In this document: positions 28,959-38,923 of the stretch, one piece after another | Layout: the number at the start of each line of letters is the position of its first letter | How positions within the stretch are numbered: position 1 is the first letter of the stretch | Assembly: GCA_018971305.1 (NCBI GenBank) | Contig: JAGXBC010000003.1 | Coordinates: 156,325-220,324 of the forward strand | Source: Patescibacteria group bacterium | Lineage (GTDB): Bacteria; Patescibacteriota; Minisyncoccia; UBA6257; 2-01-FULL-56-20 | Direction of reading: 5' to 3' | DNA: 64,000 bases | Made by a program: the position numbers and the translations under genes | Notes under the pieces: generated by a model | Databases searched by the model: none | The model's input: only the letters and a program-made list of their open reading frames with translations | Told to the model about the DNA's origin: nothing

Positions 28959-29408
28959 TTATTCCTCTGAACGAATCAGAATTTTTATGTATCCCTCGGC
29001 GCCATTTTTGAAACGAATAATTATTTTGTGTTCACCAAGTTCTTTGAGGGGGTGAGCAAGCTCTATATCCACGCGTTCATTTGTTGTTATGCCAGTGTTT
29101 CTCAAAGCTTTGAGAATGGCATCCTTATTTACCGAACCAAAGACGGACCCGTCGGCACCTGTTTTAAGATGAAATTCCAAGGATCTTTCTTTTAGTTCGC
29201 GGATAATGGCATCAACGTGCTTGGCAAATCCCTTTTCGTTTTTATCGGCTTCTTTTTTTAGAGTTTTTATTTTTTGCAGGGATGTTTCCGTTGCTGGTTC
29301 GGCGAATTTATTCACGAATAAAAAATTACGCGCGTAACCATCGGCTACTTCTTTTACATCGTAACGCCTGCCAATCCCTTTGACGTCTTGTAGAAAAATA
29401 ACCTTCAT
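28959..29408 (-). CDS. rplI: 50S ribosomal protein L9
   Basis: MKVIFLQDVKGIG, GYARNFL, FGSV. Confidence 0.97.
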   Translation of the reverse strand: MKVIFLQDVKGIGRRYDVKEVADGYARNFLFVNKFAEPATETSLQKIKTLKKEADKNEKGFAKHVDAIIRELKERSLEFHLKTGADGSVFGSVNKDAILKALRNTGITTNERVDIELAHPLKELGEHKIIIRFKNGAEGYIKILIRSEE

Positions 29409-29411
29409 AAT

Positions 29412-30635
29412 TTATTTGGAAATTTCCGAATGCAAAATTTCTATAGCCTTATCGAGCTGCGGATCTTTCCCGGCCGTAGTGTCGCTCGCGTTAAGCGGAA
29501 CTTCGTAATCTGGCTTTAACCCCCCGTTTTCTAAAATGTGTCCGGATGGCAATACCCAGTGAGCAACCGTAAGTTTTATGGAGGAACCATCGCTTAACGG
29601 CATAAGCTGCTGAACCGTCCCTTTGCCGAAACTGGTTTCACCGATAAGCTTGATGTTCCTTTGATCGCGCAAAGCACCTGCCAGAATTTCTGAAGCCGAA
29701 GCCGAACCCCCGTCGATAAGCACCACGGTCGGGAAATCAGCGAGGGCGGCGTTGCCGCTGGCTCTAAATTCCTGATTGGTGCCGCTTCTGCCGGCCTCAC
29801 TCACGACTAATTTGCCGCGCGGTAAAAACCATCCTGCAAGATCAACCGCAACTTCTAAATAACCGCCGGGGTTCCCGCGAAGGTCCAAGATTAATCCTTT
29901 ACTGCCATTCGTAACCGCTTTGAACATAGCTTGATAAAATAGTGAATCGGCGTTGGCGTTAAAGCCGTAAAGCTGGATTTGAGTCAAATCGCCACCGACT
30001 GTTTTTGTATCCAGAGTTGGGATTGCAATATTGCCTCGTGTTATCGAAAAATCTTTAGGTTTATCCCACCCGTCGCGCATAATAGTAAGTTTGACACTGC
30101 TCCCCTCCAGCCCGCGAATGGAATTAACGGCATCGTCAATAGAGATACCGTCGGTGGACGAGGCATCTATCGCCAAGATTGCGTCTCCGGCCATAAGCCC
30201 GGCTTTCATCGCAGGCGTGTCTTTCAGTGGAGCGATAACCACTAATTGGTCGTTCTTTATGCCAAGTTCGGCGCCAATACCTCCAAAATTTCCATCAACA
30301 TTTTCCTGAAATTGCTGATTATCTTTGGGGTTGAAAAATTCCGAATACCTATCGCCCAAAGAATTTACCAAGCCGTTAACCGCTCCGTGAACTTTATCTT
30401 GCGCGCTCGTGCTCGCGTTCCTCAAATAAGAATCATTTATGATCTGCCAGGCCTGCCAGAAAGTATTAAAATTTACGTCCGCGGGTTGCCCCTGGTTAAT
30501 ATTGCTTACCCCTTTTACGAGGATAGTATTTGGAACCTTCTTCCCCTCAGAGAAGCCAAAATAAAAACTGGCGCCCATAGACGCTGCCACAACAACTACA
30601 GCTAAAACAGCCGTGAGAATACGTTTTCTGATCAT
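29412..30635 (-). CDS. ctpA: Carboxyl-terminal processing protease, S41A family with PDZ
   Basis: GIGAELG PDZ, LDLRGNPGG, SASASE, FGKGTVQ, DPQL. Confidence 0.93.
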   Translation of the reverse strand: MIRKRILTAVLAVVVVAASMGASFYFGFSEGKKVPNTILVKGVSNINQGQPADVNFNTFWQAWQIINDSYLRNASTSAQDKVHGAVNGLVNSLGDRYSEFFNPKDNQQFQENVDGNFGGIGAELGIKNDQLVVIAPLKDTPAMKAGLMAGDAILAIDASSTDGISIDDAVNSIRGLEGSSVKLTIMRDGWDKPKDFSITRGNIAIPTLDTKTVGGDLTQIQLYGFNANADSLFYQAMFKAVTNGSKGLILDLRGNPGGYLEVAVDLAGWFLPRGKLVVSEAGRSGTNQEFRASGNAALADFPTVVLIDGGSASASEILAGALRDQRNIKLIGETSFGKGTVQQLMPLSDGSSIKLTVAHWVLPSGHILENGGLKPDYEVPLNASDTTAGKDPQLDKAIEILHSEISK

Positions 30636-30702
30636 TGTTATATATTTTAACAGATTTTCAATAGTAATCAAAACTAAACTAGAATCTACGAATGTGGATT
30701 AT

Positions 30703-30734
30703 AAAAAAATCCGGGCAGGAACAAGTCCTGCCCG
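30703..30734 (-). terminator. Intrinsic terminator
   Basis: CGGGCAGGA-5nt-TCCTGCCCG followed by T7 on the minus strand. Confidence 0.85.
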
Positions 30735-30742
30735 TTAGAGGT

Positions 30743-31609
30743 CTAAATAACAGTCTGGAGGCGATCTTCTTTTGTAAATAATCGTCTGACCGTAATAAAT
30801 TCATTACGGCCATTAAGAAGATGCGGTATCGAACAGTTCTGAATGACAAACGATCGGATTTCCTCGGATAAGCGGAATCGCTTGGGATCTTCCACATACT
30901 CCTTCATTTCAGGAGAGATTTTCCGTGGTTTGTCGTCAACCTGGCCAGCGCGTACCAAGTAAAAATCCGAGCACGGTATGTTCCAGTCCGCTGCACCATT
31001 CCTGTAATCTGTGCAAGATTCTCGGAATCCACCAGCGGAAGTAACATCAAAATTTTGGCTTAAAAACCACACCAAAGCCTTGATATTGCCCGCAACCGAA
31101 TATCCACGAACGGAATCGTCGCGCACGAAGAATGCCATCGTATCCCGAAGCGATTTGAATTCTCCTCGGGATTCAATCCGTACGGTGTATTCATTACTGC
31201 CCCGAGCATTATAGATTGTGCACACAGCGCGCACTCTACGCTCTGCTCTATCCAGATAGCGATAGTTCAAACGCACCTGTACTGGACGGAAGGCGTGTTT
31301 ATCAGAAGTGAAAAAGCTTTCAATTTGATCAATCAGCGTTGGCTCCACTGCATACGGCTGATAGAGAAACCATTTAAAAAATGGCGCCTCTCGCACGTAT
31401 TTCGGAAATCTATAGCCATCTTTCCTTCTTTCGCGTAACAGCTCTGCACGAAAGTCGCTTGTGCGCTGGAGCTCTATAACGTTATCCGCTCGCCTAACGT
31501 ACACAGTTATACGACGAGGATCTTTTTCATCATAGCTCCTGAAAATCAATGTTGCTCTGGAAAGATTCTGCTCTTTCAAAGAACGTGCAAGATTGTCGTA
31601 TGGTTGCAC
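30743..31609 (-). CDS. Arg-rich orphan protein with internal duplication (standalone SD-led unit)
   Basis: TTGACT(31714)-17-TATTAT, structured leader, GGAGG SD, GTG start, own terminator. Confidence 0.75.
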   Translation of the reverse strand: MQPYDNLARSLKEQNLSRATLIFRSYDEKDPRRITVYVRRADNVIELQRTSDFRAELLRERRKDGYRFPKYVREAPFFKWFLYQPYAVEPTLIDQIESFFTSDKHAFRPVQVRLNYRYLDRAERRVRAVCTIYNARGSNEYTVRIESRGEFKSLRDTMAFFVRDDSVRGYSVAGNIKALVWFLSQNFDVTSAGGFRESCTDYRNGAADWNIPCSDFYLVRAGQVDDKPRKISPEMKEYVEDPKRFRLSEEIRSFVIQNCSIPHLLNGRNEFITVRRLFTKEDRLQTVI

Positions 31610-31715
31610 AAATCCTCCGCAGTATGGCTCCGGCCTTGAAATTTAAGGGGTTTTCCCACCGGAGTAAGTTAAACTACTGTTGTGCATAATAGCACGCTAA
31701 TAAAAATTAGTCAAA

Positions 31716-32291
31716 TTATTTAAATAAAAACTTCTGCAACGATGTATACTCTGCTCCGCCGCGCTTCAGTTCGGACTCCATCAGATCTAAACCATCGGCT
31801 TCAAATTGCATATGGACGTCGCGCCCGATTGTCGGTAAATTATCGGCTGTAAAATCTGTCGTAAGACGCGCAAGAGTTAAATGTCCGGTAAATGGCCTTT
31901 GTTCGCGCTTAAAACGCACGTTCGCCTCCTCCAGGCCGTCTTCCAATACGTTTTTTATTTCTGCCAAATTATGTTCCGTGTAGCTATCGGTTAAAAACCA
32001 GATCATGCGAGGCTTGCGCTCTGAGGGACCGTAGACGGTTTCAGTAAGCGATATATTTTGCGGTGAAAATTGTTTAGCGGCTTTCTGGGCTGCCTCCATT
32101 ATTACGCCTATGTCCTCATCATCCTGATATCCCAGAAATGATAACGTAAGATGCCAATTCTCTGGCGGCGTAAACCTGATGCTTGACGATAATTCCCAGG
32201 GTATCTTGGTTTTAAATTCTTCAACTAATCGACTAATTCCCTCTTTTGTTCTTTTATCTAAATTTATGGCAATGAATAATCTTCGGTTCAT
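31716..32291 (-). CDS. thpR: RNA 2',3'-cyclic phosphodiesterase (2H family)
   Basis: RLFIAI, two HLTL motifs, L.ES.L...GA.Y. Confidence 0.92.
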   Translation of the reverse strand: MNRRLFIAINLDKRTKEGISRLVEEFKTKIPWELSSSIRFTPPENWHLTLSFLGYQDDEDIGVIMEAAQKAAKQFSPQNISLTETVYGPSERKPRMIWFLTDSYTEHNLAEIKNVLEDGLEEANVRFKREQRPFTGHLTLARLTTDFTADNLPTIGRDVHMQFEADGLDLMESELKRGGAEYTSLQKFLFK

Positions 32292-32292
32292 T

Positions 32293-32928
32293 TTATATAT
32301 TCCTCCGCCACTCTTCTATTTTTTTATGGTTACCAGAGAGCAAAATTTTAGGAACAAATAAGTTTTTTCTGCCGGCCTTAAAAACTTCTGGCCTGGTATA
32401 AACTGGATAGGACCCTTTAATCTCTTCCAGTGACTCAGTTTTTCCCAAAAATCCGGGTAAATGCCTGCTAACGGCTTCAGTTAAAACTAACGCAGGCAAT
32501 TCTCCGCCGGAGAGCACATAATCCCCCATTGATATTTCTTCGTCGGCCACATATTTAGCTACGCGTTCGTCTACGCCTTCATAGCGACCGCAGATCAATA
32601 TCAAACGTTCATATTTTGCCAGCCGCCGAGCGATTTTAGAATCAAATTTTTTACCGCGCGTCGAGAAGAGAATAATTCTAGTTTTTAGTTTTGAGCTTTT
32701 AGCCGTGAGAAATCGAATAGCCTTATAAACCGGCTCAATTTTAATAACCATTCCCGGTCCGCCGCCGAAAGGCTTGTCGTCAACCTTATTATGCCTGTCA
32801 GCCGTAAAATCTCTTAAGTTATGGATGCGGACGTCAATCAATTTTTTCTCCCGAGCGCGCTTAATAAGAGATTCGTTCAAGTAGGAATCAAAAATTTTAG
32901 GAAAAATTGTGATGATGTCGAAGCGCAT
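32293..32928 (-). CDS. trmD: tRNA (guanine-N1)-methyltransferase
   Basis: VDDKPFGGGPGM, CGRYEGVDER, GDYVLSGGE, LLSGNH. Confidence 0.97.
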   Translation of the reverse strand: MRFDIITIFPKIFDSYLNESLIKRAREKKLIDVRIHNLRDFTADRHNKVDDKPFGGGPGMVIKIEPVYKAIRFLTAKSSKLKTRIILFSTRGKKFDSKIARRLAKYERLILICGRYEGVDERVAKYVADEEISMGDYVLSGGELPALVLTEAVSRHLPGFLGKTESLEEIKGSYPVYTRPEVFKAGRKNLFVPKILLSGNHKKIEEWRRNI

Positions 32929-35568
32929 TTATTCATTGCTTCCATCTGTCGATGAATCTTCGCCGCTCAAGTCGCTGCTCCCGCCATCACCCTCTTCTTT
33001 TTCGGCCAATTCTTCCAGAGACTCTTCTTCAACGAAATCGTCGCGGTCTTCATCTGTGCCGTATAGAGCGGATTTTTCTTGGTCGTCTTCCAAAGATATC
33101 TTCTTTTTCTCGGGCAATATAGTTCCATTCGCATGCGTTACCGTGTCTATTTCTAATTCGTTAGCTCGGAATTCTGTATCGCCGATAGTATGGGGTAAGT
33201 TAGGTGACCGACTATATGTTTCAGGCATAATTTTTTCTTCGGAAAATTTTGTTTTACTATTTTCTTTTTCCGTATCCATATCTCTCCCGTCAACAGCATC
33301 ATAGTAGGACGTAGTCTTTGTCCGATTATTTTCTTCGGATAGGTTTTTTGGGGAGAACCCGTTAGATTCGTGCCTTATATAAGACCCACTATGTTCGGCA
33401 AAAGACCCTGTTTTATCATTTTGAATTGACGGGCGTGCTTCTTCAGTAGGTGGTCTATTACTACCTATGTTTTGTGGTGATATTCTAGCCCGAAAATCTT
33501 TTACGGACACTATTTTTTCTTCAGTTGATTTGGTTTCGTTCACATGGATAACCTTATTTATGGCTTCAACGGCAGGCGTTTTGTTTTCCCTATCATAGTC
33601 GTGAGACCGAGATTCTTTTTGCTCGCCATTGGTATGGGGAACAGAACTTTCCCTTGAATTTTTTTCTTCTTGATTCGACATTACGATGACCACGTTGCCG
33701 ATTTGCGGTTCTTTCTTCTCTATAACTAAAGATTGTTTGATGGCCTCGCGTAACCCAGCAATGTCTATATCCGGTTTTTTAGGAACCTTCGGCTTGAACT
33801 CCTGAGGGTGGGGTCTGCCGAGAACATTTGGATCTTCTCTTGCGGCCGGTACGCTTGGCGGATGTATTGACGTGCCTTTTTCTTTAAATGATTGGGTCGG
33901 CGATTGATCAGTATTTAGAGGGCGCTCCGGAATTCTTGGTACAGAGGGTACAGGCTGAGTAGGATGTGGTGTGGGCGACATCTGCGGTCTGTATTGCGGA
34001 GTACTGCTATTGTTATAGCCGTACTGTTGCTGCTGCTGGGGACGATAATCCCGTTGATCATAAGGCGATCGTCTGTCGCGATCACGATTATCAAAACCAT
34101 CACGCCTGCCAGGATTGTTTCCCATATCGCCCGTTCGCTCATACCTGGCAGAGTCGGACGGACGCCGATCCGGCCGTGGTCTGAAGGATTGGTTATTGCC
34201 ATCTTGCAATGTTTGCCTGAGGGGTCGTTCCCCTTGTCTATCAATTTTTCCGCCAACTATTGTTTCGCTCGCCGCCTGCCACTCCTCGGCAATTTTTTCA
34301 TCAACGATTTTTCTCGGCGTGCTATAACGGGTTCTGGAATTCTGAATAATAACGTCTTTGTGGCTGATAAGCGGGATTTTTTGCGGAGGCAATGTTTCCG
34401 CGGAAAACGGCCTTGAAGCCACGCCGTCTATCATCAGTTTTATATAGATGGTGGCTTTGGCGAGGTTAACGAGATCATTTTGTATAAATTCCGGCATAAA
34501 TTCTTTTTCCAGGAATTCGGCGTCGGCTCCTCCAGTGCGGAAACAGATAAGCGTACCGACGTTTCCAAAAACCGCGTCACGTACTTTTGTGTTTTGTTCG
34601 TTAACCAGCTGGCCTATATATTGATGGGCCAAGGTTAAACTTAACCGATATTTTCTTGCCTCGGACAAAATATTGGCGAACGACTCTGTGGCGAAATTTT
34701 GGAATTCATCCACGTACAGAAAAAAGTCGTTGCGTTGTTCTTCCGGCAAATCAACCCGGGACATCGCGGCGAGTTGTAAACGCGTTATGACCATAGCGCC
34801 CAAAAGCGCGGAATTATCTTCGCCGATCTTACCCTTGGATAGGTTAACGATGAATATTTTTTTATTGTCCATGATCTCGCGCATATTAAGCGTGGAATGC
34901 GCCTGACCAAGAATATTTCTGATCAAAGGATTGGAAACGAATTGTCCGACTTTATTCTGAATGGCAGCAACGGCTTCCGTTTCCAGCCTTTGGGTATATC
35001 TGGCAAATTCATTTACCCAAAAAGCTTTTATTACCGGGTCCTTTAAATTATCAACGATTTTTTTACGATAAGCAGGCTCGGAAAGCATTCTTATTACTCC
35101 TAAGAGCGTGGAGCTCGGATATTCCAAAAGCGCAAGAAGCGTGTTGTTCAGAATATATTCCATCCTCGCCGACCAAACGTCCGGCCAGATTTTTTTGAAA
35201 ACACCCATAATACCCGAAGCAACAAGGTGTCTGAATTCAGTCCCCACTTGTTCTATGGGATTGAAGGCGATGGGGTAATCCATATCAGCAGGATTGAAAT
35301 AAATCACGTCATCCAAGCGCTCTTCCGGCACGAATTCTACTATCTTCTCGGCCAATTCTCCGTGAGGATCAACAACGCCGACTCCGCGGCCGGCTCGAAT
35401 ATCGGCGACGATCATATTCTCCATCATTGTAGTTTTGCCAACGCCGGTTTTTCCGACAACATAAATATGCCGGCGGCGGTCGTCTGTTTTTATTCCAAAT
35501 CTTGTTTTTTGATTCCTGAAATTACAAAAACCGAGCGGTGTTAATTCGGTATTTTTTTTGTCGTTCAT
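32929..35568 (-). CDS. VirD4/VirB4/HerA-like P-loop ATPase with long disordered C-terminal tail
   Basis: RRHIYVVGKTGVGKT, DPHGEL, LYVDEFQNF, LSEARKY, AHQY; about 440 C-terminal residues of low complexity. Confidence 0.88.
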   Translation of the reverse strand: MNDKKNTELTPLGFCNFRNQKTRFGIKTDDRRRHIYVVGKTGVGKTTMMENMIVADIRAGRGVGVVDPHGELAEKIVEFVPEERLDDVIYFNPADMDYPIAFNPIEQVGTEFRHLVASGIMGVFKKIWPDVWSARMEYILNNTLLALLEYPSSTLLGVIRMLSEPAYRKKIVDNLKDPVIKAFWVNEFARYTQRLETEAVAAIQNKVGQFVSNPLIRNILGQAHSTLNMREIMDNKKIFIVNLSKGKIGEDNSALLGAMVITRLQLAAMSRVDLPEEQRNDFFLYVDEFQNFATESFANILSEARKYRLSLTLAHQYIGQLVNEQNTKVRDAVFGNVGTLICFRTGGADAEFLEKEFMPEFIQNDLVNLAKATIYIKLMIDGVASRPFSAETLPPQKIPLISHKDVIIQNSRTRYSTPRKIVDEKIAEEWQAASETIVGGKIDRQGERPLRQTLQDGNNQSFRPRPDRRPSDSARYERTGDMGNNPGRRDGFDNRDRDRRSPYDQRDYRPQQQQQYGYNNSSTPQYRPQMSPTPHPTQPVPSVPRIPERPLNTDQSPTQSFKEKGTSIHPPSVPAAREDPNVLGRPHPQEFKPKVPKKPDIDIAGLREAIKQSLVIEKKEPQIGNVVIVMSNQEEKNSRESSVPHTNGEQKESRSHDYDRENKTPAVEAINKVIHVNETKSTEEKIVSVKDFRARISPQNIGSNRPPTEEARPSIQNDKTGSFAEHSGSYIRHESNGFSPKNLSEENNRTKTTSYYDAVDGRDMDTEKENSKTKFSEEKIMPETYSRSPNLPHTIGDTEFRANELEIDTVTHANGTILPEKKKISLEDDQEKSALYGTDEDRDDFVEEESLEELAEKEEGDGGSSDLSGEDSSTDGSNE

Positions 35569-35579
35569 AAAAGTTAGAG

Positions 35580-36851
35580 TTATTCCATGGTCGGCAACGC
35601 CGGGGGCGGTCCGCCTTTACGCGATTCAACCTTTTCCAATTGCGTGGATCCAACTCCCATTATCGGGAAGTGGTAAATGGTAGCTAACTCCTCAATATTA
35701 AGAATAGGTTTGTGGTGATTAAAAACCTGATCACGATATTTTTCGAAAATCACCCTTTTGCGCCAATTAAGCCGTAATTTAACAAACATCCCATGTACGG
35801 CGCGGCACATTGTATTTTTGTCCGGTTTCAGAAGATTAAGATTCTGCGTATTGAATTGCCGGAAAAATCCGGAGATAGAGGCCACGTTGTCACGGCTGAA
35901 TGAATCGCGTTTATCAATGTATAAAAATCTAATCGTTGTCTCAAAGCCAAGTTTCGCAATTTTTTTCTCAATACCTTCAACGACTTCGCGCTGCCCGGGG
36001 GTGAGAAGCAGCATTCTGAAGTTAATTTCATCTCTTTTTTTCTCGGCTTCGGTTGCGGGATGCTCAAAGGGTGAGCGCAAAACTTCTCCGAGGGTTACTC
36101 CTAAGCCCAAAAACCCCGATTTTTTCTTCTTTTGTTCTTCCAGGCCTGTCATTTTTCTTACAAACGCTTCACCAGCTAATCGCCAGTCGTCCCCGGTGGG
36201 CCGAACCATCATTTGTATCCAAATCTGTTCGTCCTCCTTAAGCTTGGATGTGGCTTCCGTTATGGCGGAAATAGTATCAATGCGTCTTTCTTCAACCGCC
36301 TCTTCAAACATAGGATAAGTTCTTATAGGGAAACAATCCGGATTGCGCAAAATCTGTTCCTCGCCGTAAACCTCAATGCTTTTAGTCGGCATGACATGCG
36401 GCATTTGCTTTACGTAATCTTCAACTTCCTTTATTTCCGCTTCGGGATATTGGGCGTAGATTGCCGATTCCATCAAGTTGCGGAATTGTTTTGGCAGGCG
36501 CAGATAAAAATGAGTTTCTCCCGCCGAACCAACTATTTCAAATGACATCCAATATTCAACCTTCCCCTCCCAATATTTCTCCAAGAATCTCAGACCGTAA
36601 GAATAGGGTACGTGCGCTGCGGCGAATATCTGCTCCATGGCCTTCGGAGTTTTCAGGACGTTCTTTGGAACCTTTATTTCCAAAAGCTGCCACCTAATGG
36701 CAACGATAAATTTATATTGGATATAAAGCATCCAAAAATCCCAGAACAAAAAGAAAGCCATCAATGGCAGGGCAAACCACCAAACTTGGCTCCATACGTC
36801 TTTAACGCTTTGAATTAATCCGCTGGTTAATCCGGAAATTACCTGAGGCAT
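35580..36851 (-). CDS. Conserved membrane-anchored partner of the CPR VirD4-like ATPase
   Basis: N-terminal TM segment, LLEIKVP, SFEI, IYAQYP.AEI.EVEDY, ELAT.YHFP; immediately upstream of the ATPase. Confidence 0.8.
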   Translation of the reverse strand: MPQVISGLTSGLIQSVKDVWSQVWWFALPLMAFFLFWDFWMLYIQYKFIVAIRWQLLEIKVPKNVLKTPKAMEQIFAAAHVPYSYGLRFLEKYWEGKVEYWMSFEIVGSAGETHFYLRLPKQFRNLMESAIYAQYPEAEIKEVEDYVKQMPHVMPTKSIEVYGEEQILRNPDCFPIRTYPMFEEAVEERRIDTISAITEATSKLKEDEQIWIQMMVRPTGDDWRLAGEAFVRKMTGLEEQKKKKSGFLGLGVTLGEVLRSPFEHPATEAEKKRDEINFRMLLLTPGQREVVEGIEKKIAKLGFETTIRFLYIDKRDSFSRDNVASISGFFRQFNTQNLNLLKPDKNTMCRAVHGMFVKLRLNWRKRVIFEKYRDQVFNHHKPILNIEELATIYHFPIMGVGSTQLEKVESRKGGPPPALPTME

Positions 36852-36913
36852 TATTCTATTATAGAATGTTTTCTAAGAACTGCGTACACCCACCCATCGA
36901 AAGCGATATCTGC

Positions 36914-37942
36914 TTAAGATTCCCTAACTCTGTATCTACCGTCTGATAAACGCTCAAAGTAGTCCTTATTCTGCAAGTTGATGATTACGGTATTAGGCTT
37001 AAAGAACCTTTGTTTATTTACATGTTGAACAACATCATTCGGATGCAGTGGCCCGTTCTTTTTTAGAACCTTTTGGATTACTTCCCGCGCCACTCCTGGT
37101 TCATAACCATGCTCGCGCAGGCCGTACATTCCCCTACCGACAAGAACAAACCTCTCGTCTTTAATAAGTTCGTTGTGAACGGTCGGAGCCAGGGCTTCCT
37201 GCGAACCAAAGGACGTTTCGTTTATAACCTTGGCAATAGATTGAAAATGGAGCGGCTGCCCCGTTTTTCTTAAAACCAAATATATGCGGTCGCGGGTTGT
37301 GGTCGGATTGATTTCCGCCCAATCGCGCAAACCAACATCACCATAGGGATTAGCCCCGATCTTTTTTGTTATATTCAAATAGTTTTCAGCGTGATTTTTA
37401 TTTGCCTTTTCGGTCTTAATAAAATTTGTAAGCAGCGTCTTGTAATCTCCAGACAAAACTTTATTTTTATTGCTCTTAAGATTATCCGCCCAGCCATCTA
37501 TAAAACCGACAGCCGTACGCAGATCGTCTTTGGTTAAATAATAAAATGGGTGGTAGTTTTCATCTTCGGGATAGAAATAAAAAGCCCCGGACGCTTCCAA
37601 AAGAAGCGCTAAATAATTCTTATTAAGTCCTTCGGCAAAATCCGCTCCATACTGGAGCAAGACGTCCTGCCTCATAACACCGCCAGCGTTTTTAAGCTGC
37701 TTCTTGCTTTGATTTAAGATGTGAACGCAAACGGAATTTTTAAGGACCTCTTTATTCAAAAGTCCTAATGCCGATTTTTCTATTTGCCTTACGCGTTCCC
37801 TCGTTATTCCCATCGTGTCGCCGATGGCAGCCAAAGTCTCCCCCTCTCCGGACTTCAAACCAAAGCGGCCGACAATTACTTCTTTTTGCCGGTCGGCGAG
37901 AGAATTGAACAGAGCGTTAATTATTTTGGGGGCTGATAACAT
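36914..37942 (-). CDS. Sigma70 region 4-like HTH fused to winged-helix (HARE-HTH/RpoE-delta-like) domains
   Basis: RFGL...ETL..IG...GITRERVRQIE; PLHF..I, TVHNELIKD.RFVLVGRG.Y.L. Confidence 0.82.
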   Translation of the reverse strand: MLSAPKIINALFNSLADRQKEVIVGRFGLKSGEGETLAAIGDTMGITRERVRQIEKSALGLLNKEVLKNSVCVHILNQSKKQLKNAGGVMRQDVLLQYGADFAEGLNKNYLALLLEASGAFYFYPEDENYHPFYYLTKDDLRTAVGFIDGWADNLKSNKNKVLSGDYKTLLTNFIKTEKANKNHAENYLNITKKIGANPYGDVGLRDWAEINPTTTRDRIYLVLRKTGQPLHFQSIAKVINETSFGSQEALAPTVHNELIKDERFVLVGRGMYGLREHGYEPGVAREVIQKVLKKNGPLHPNDVVQHVNKQRFFKPNTVIINLQNKDYFERLSDGRYRVRES

Positions 37943-38016
37943 TGTTTATATTATACACCATTATATAAATTAATCAACAATAAGTCAAGTGAGGTCGCTG
38001 GCAGGTTTTGTTTGCT

Positions 38017-38919
38017 TCAATTTCTACTGTTTTTGCCGCTAATTACGATAAGCGCGGGACTGGCTATAAATATAGATGAATAGATGCCCGTTGTTACTCC
38101 GACGAGAAGAGTTAAGACAAAATAACGCAAGTTTATCGGTCCAACAAAATACATAGCGAGCAAGACCAGGATAAGGGTTAAAGAAGTGTTTATGGATCTG
38201 GCTAATGTTTGATTGACGCTCGCATTTATCGTTGCAGAAAAGTCTTCTTTGCCCCGGCCTAACAACAAATTCTCTCTAATTCTGTCAAAAACAACGATAG
38301 TGTCGTGGACCGAGAATCCCATAACTACGAGAAGCGCGACGACGAAATTACTATCAATTTCAATATGTAGAAAATGTCCAAGAATCGCCAAGAGTCCGGC
38401 CGGTATGGCAACGTCGTGAAATAAAGTGATAAGCGTGATGATGCCGTACTTCCAAGAACTTATCGGCCGCTGAACTTTTCTGAAGGCGAAGGCGATGTAG
38501 AAAGAAATTCCCACGAGCACAAGAATAATGGCGATAAGAGCGTTGCGCTTCAATTCCGCACCCACGGATGGTCCAATGGACTGAAAACTCAACTCTTCAA
38601 ACGAAGGAGTTTTATCTTTAACGTTCTGCAAAAATTTCTGATGGTCTGCTTCGCTGATGGCATTCAGACGGGCAAGGAAGGTGCCGTTCGTCAGATCATA
38701 ATTAACCCGAACATCTGAAATTCCCGGAAGAGAAGTGAAAACATTTTCCATATCAATCGCCGTGGGGTTTCCCTGAGAAACCTTGAACTGCCAAAGAGTG
38801 CCGCCGGCAAAATCAATCCCCTCTTTGAATCCAAAAAATAACATCGTGAAAACAGCGGCACCAACGAAGACTCCGGAAATTATAAAGAATATTTTCTTGT
38901 GTCCTACGATATTCAGCAT
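38017..38919 (-). CDS. secF: Protein translocase subunit SecF
   Basis: GIDFAGG, IGPSVG.EL, HD, GFSVHDTIVVFDRIRE, RSINTS. Confidence 0.96.
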   Translation of the reverse strand: MLNIVGHKKIFFIISGVFVGAAVFTMLFFGFKEGIDFAGGTLWQFKVSQGNPTAIDMENVFTSLPGISDVRVNYDLTNGTFLARLNAISEADHQKFLQNVKDKTPSFEELSFQSIGPSVGAELKRNALIAIILVLVGISFYIAFAFRKVQRPISSWKYGIITLITLFHDVAIPAGLLAILGHFLHIEIDSNFVVALLVVMGFSVHDTIVVFDRIRENLLLGRGKEDFSATINASVNQTLARSINTSLTLILVLLAMYFVGPINLRYFVLTLLVGVTTGIYSSIFIASPALIVISGKNSRN

Positions 38920-38923
38920 GTTT

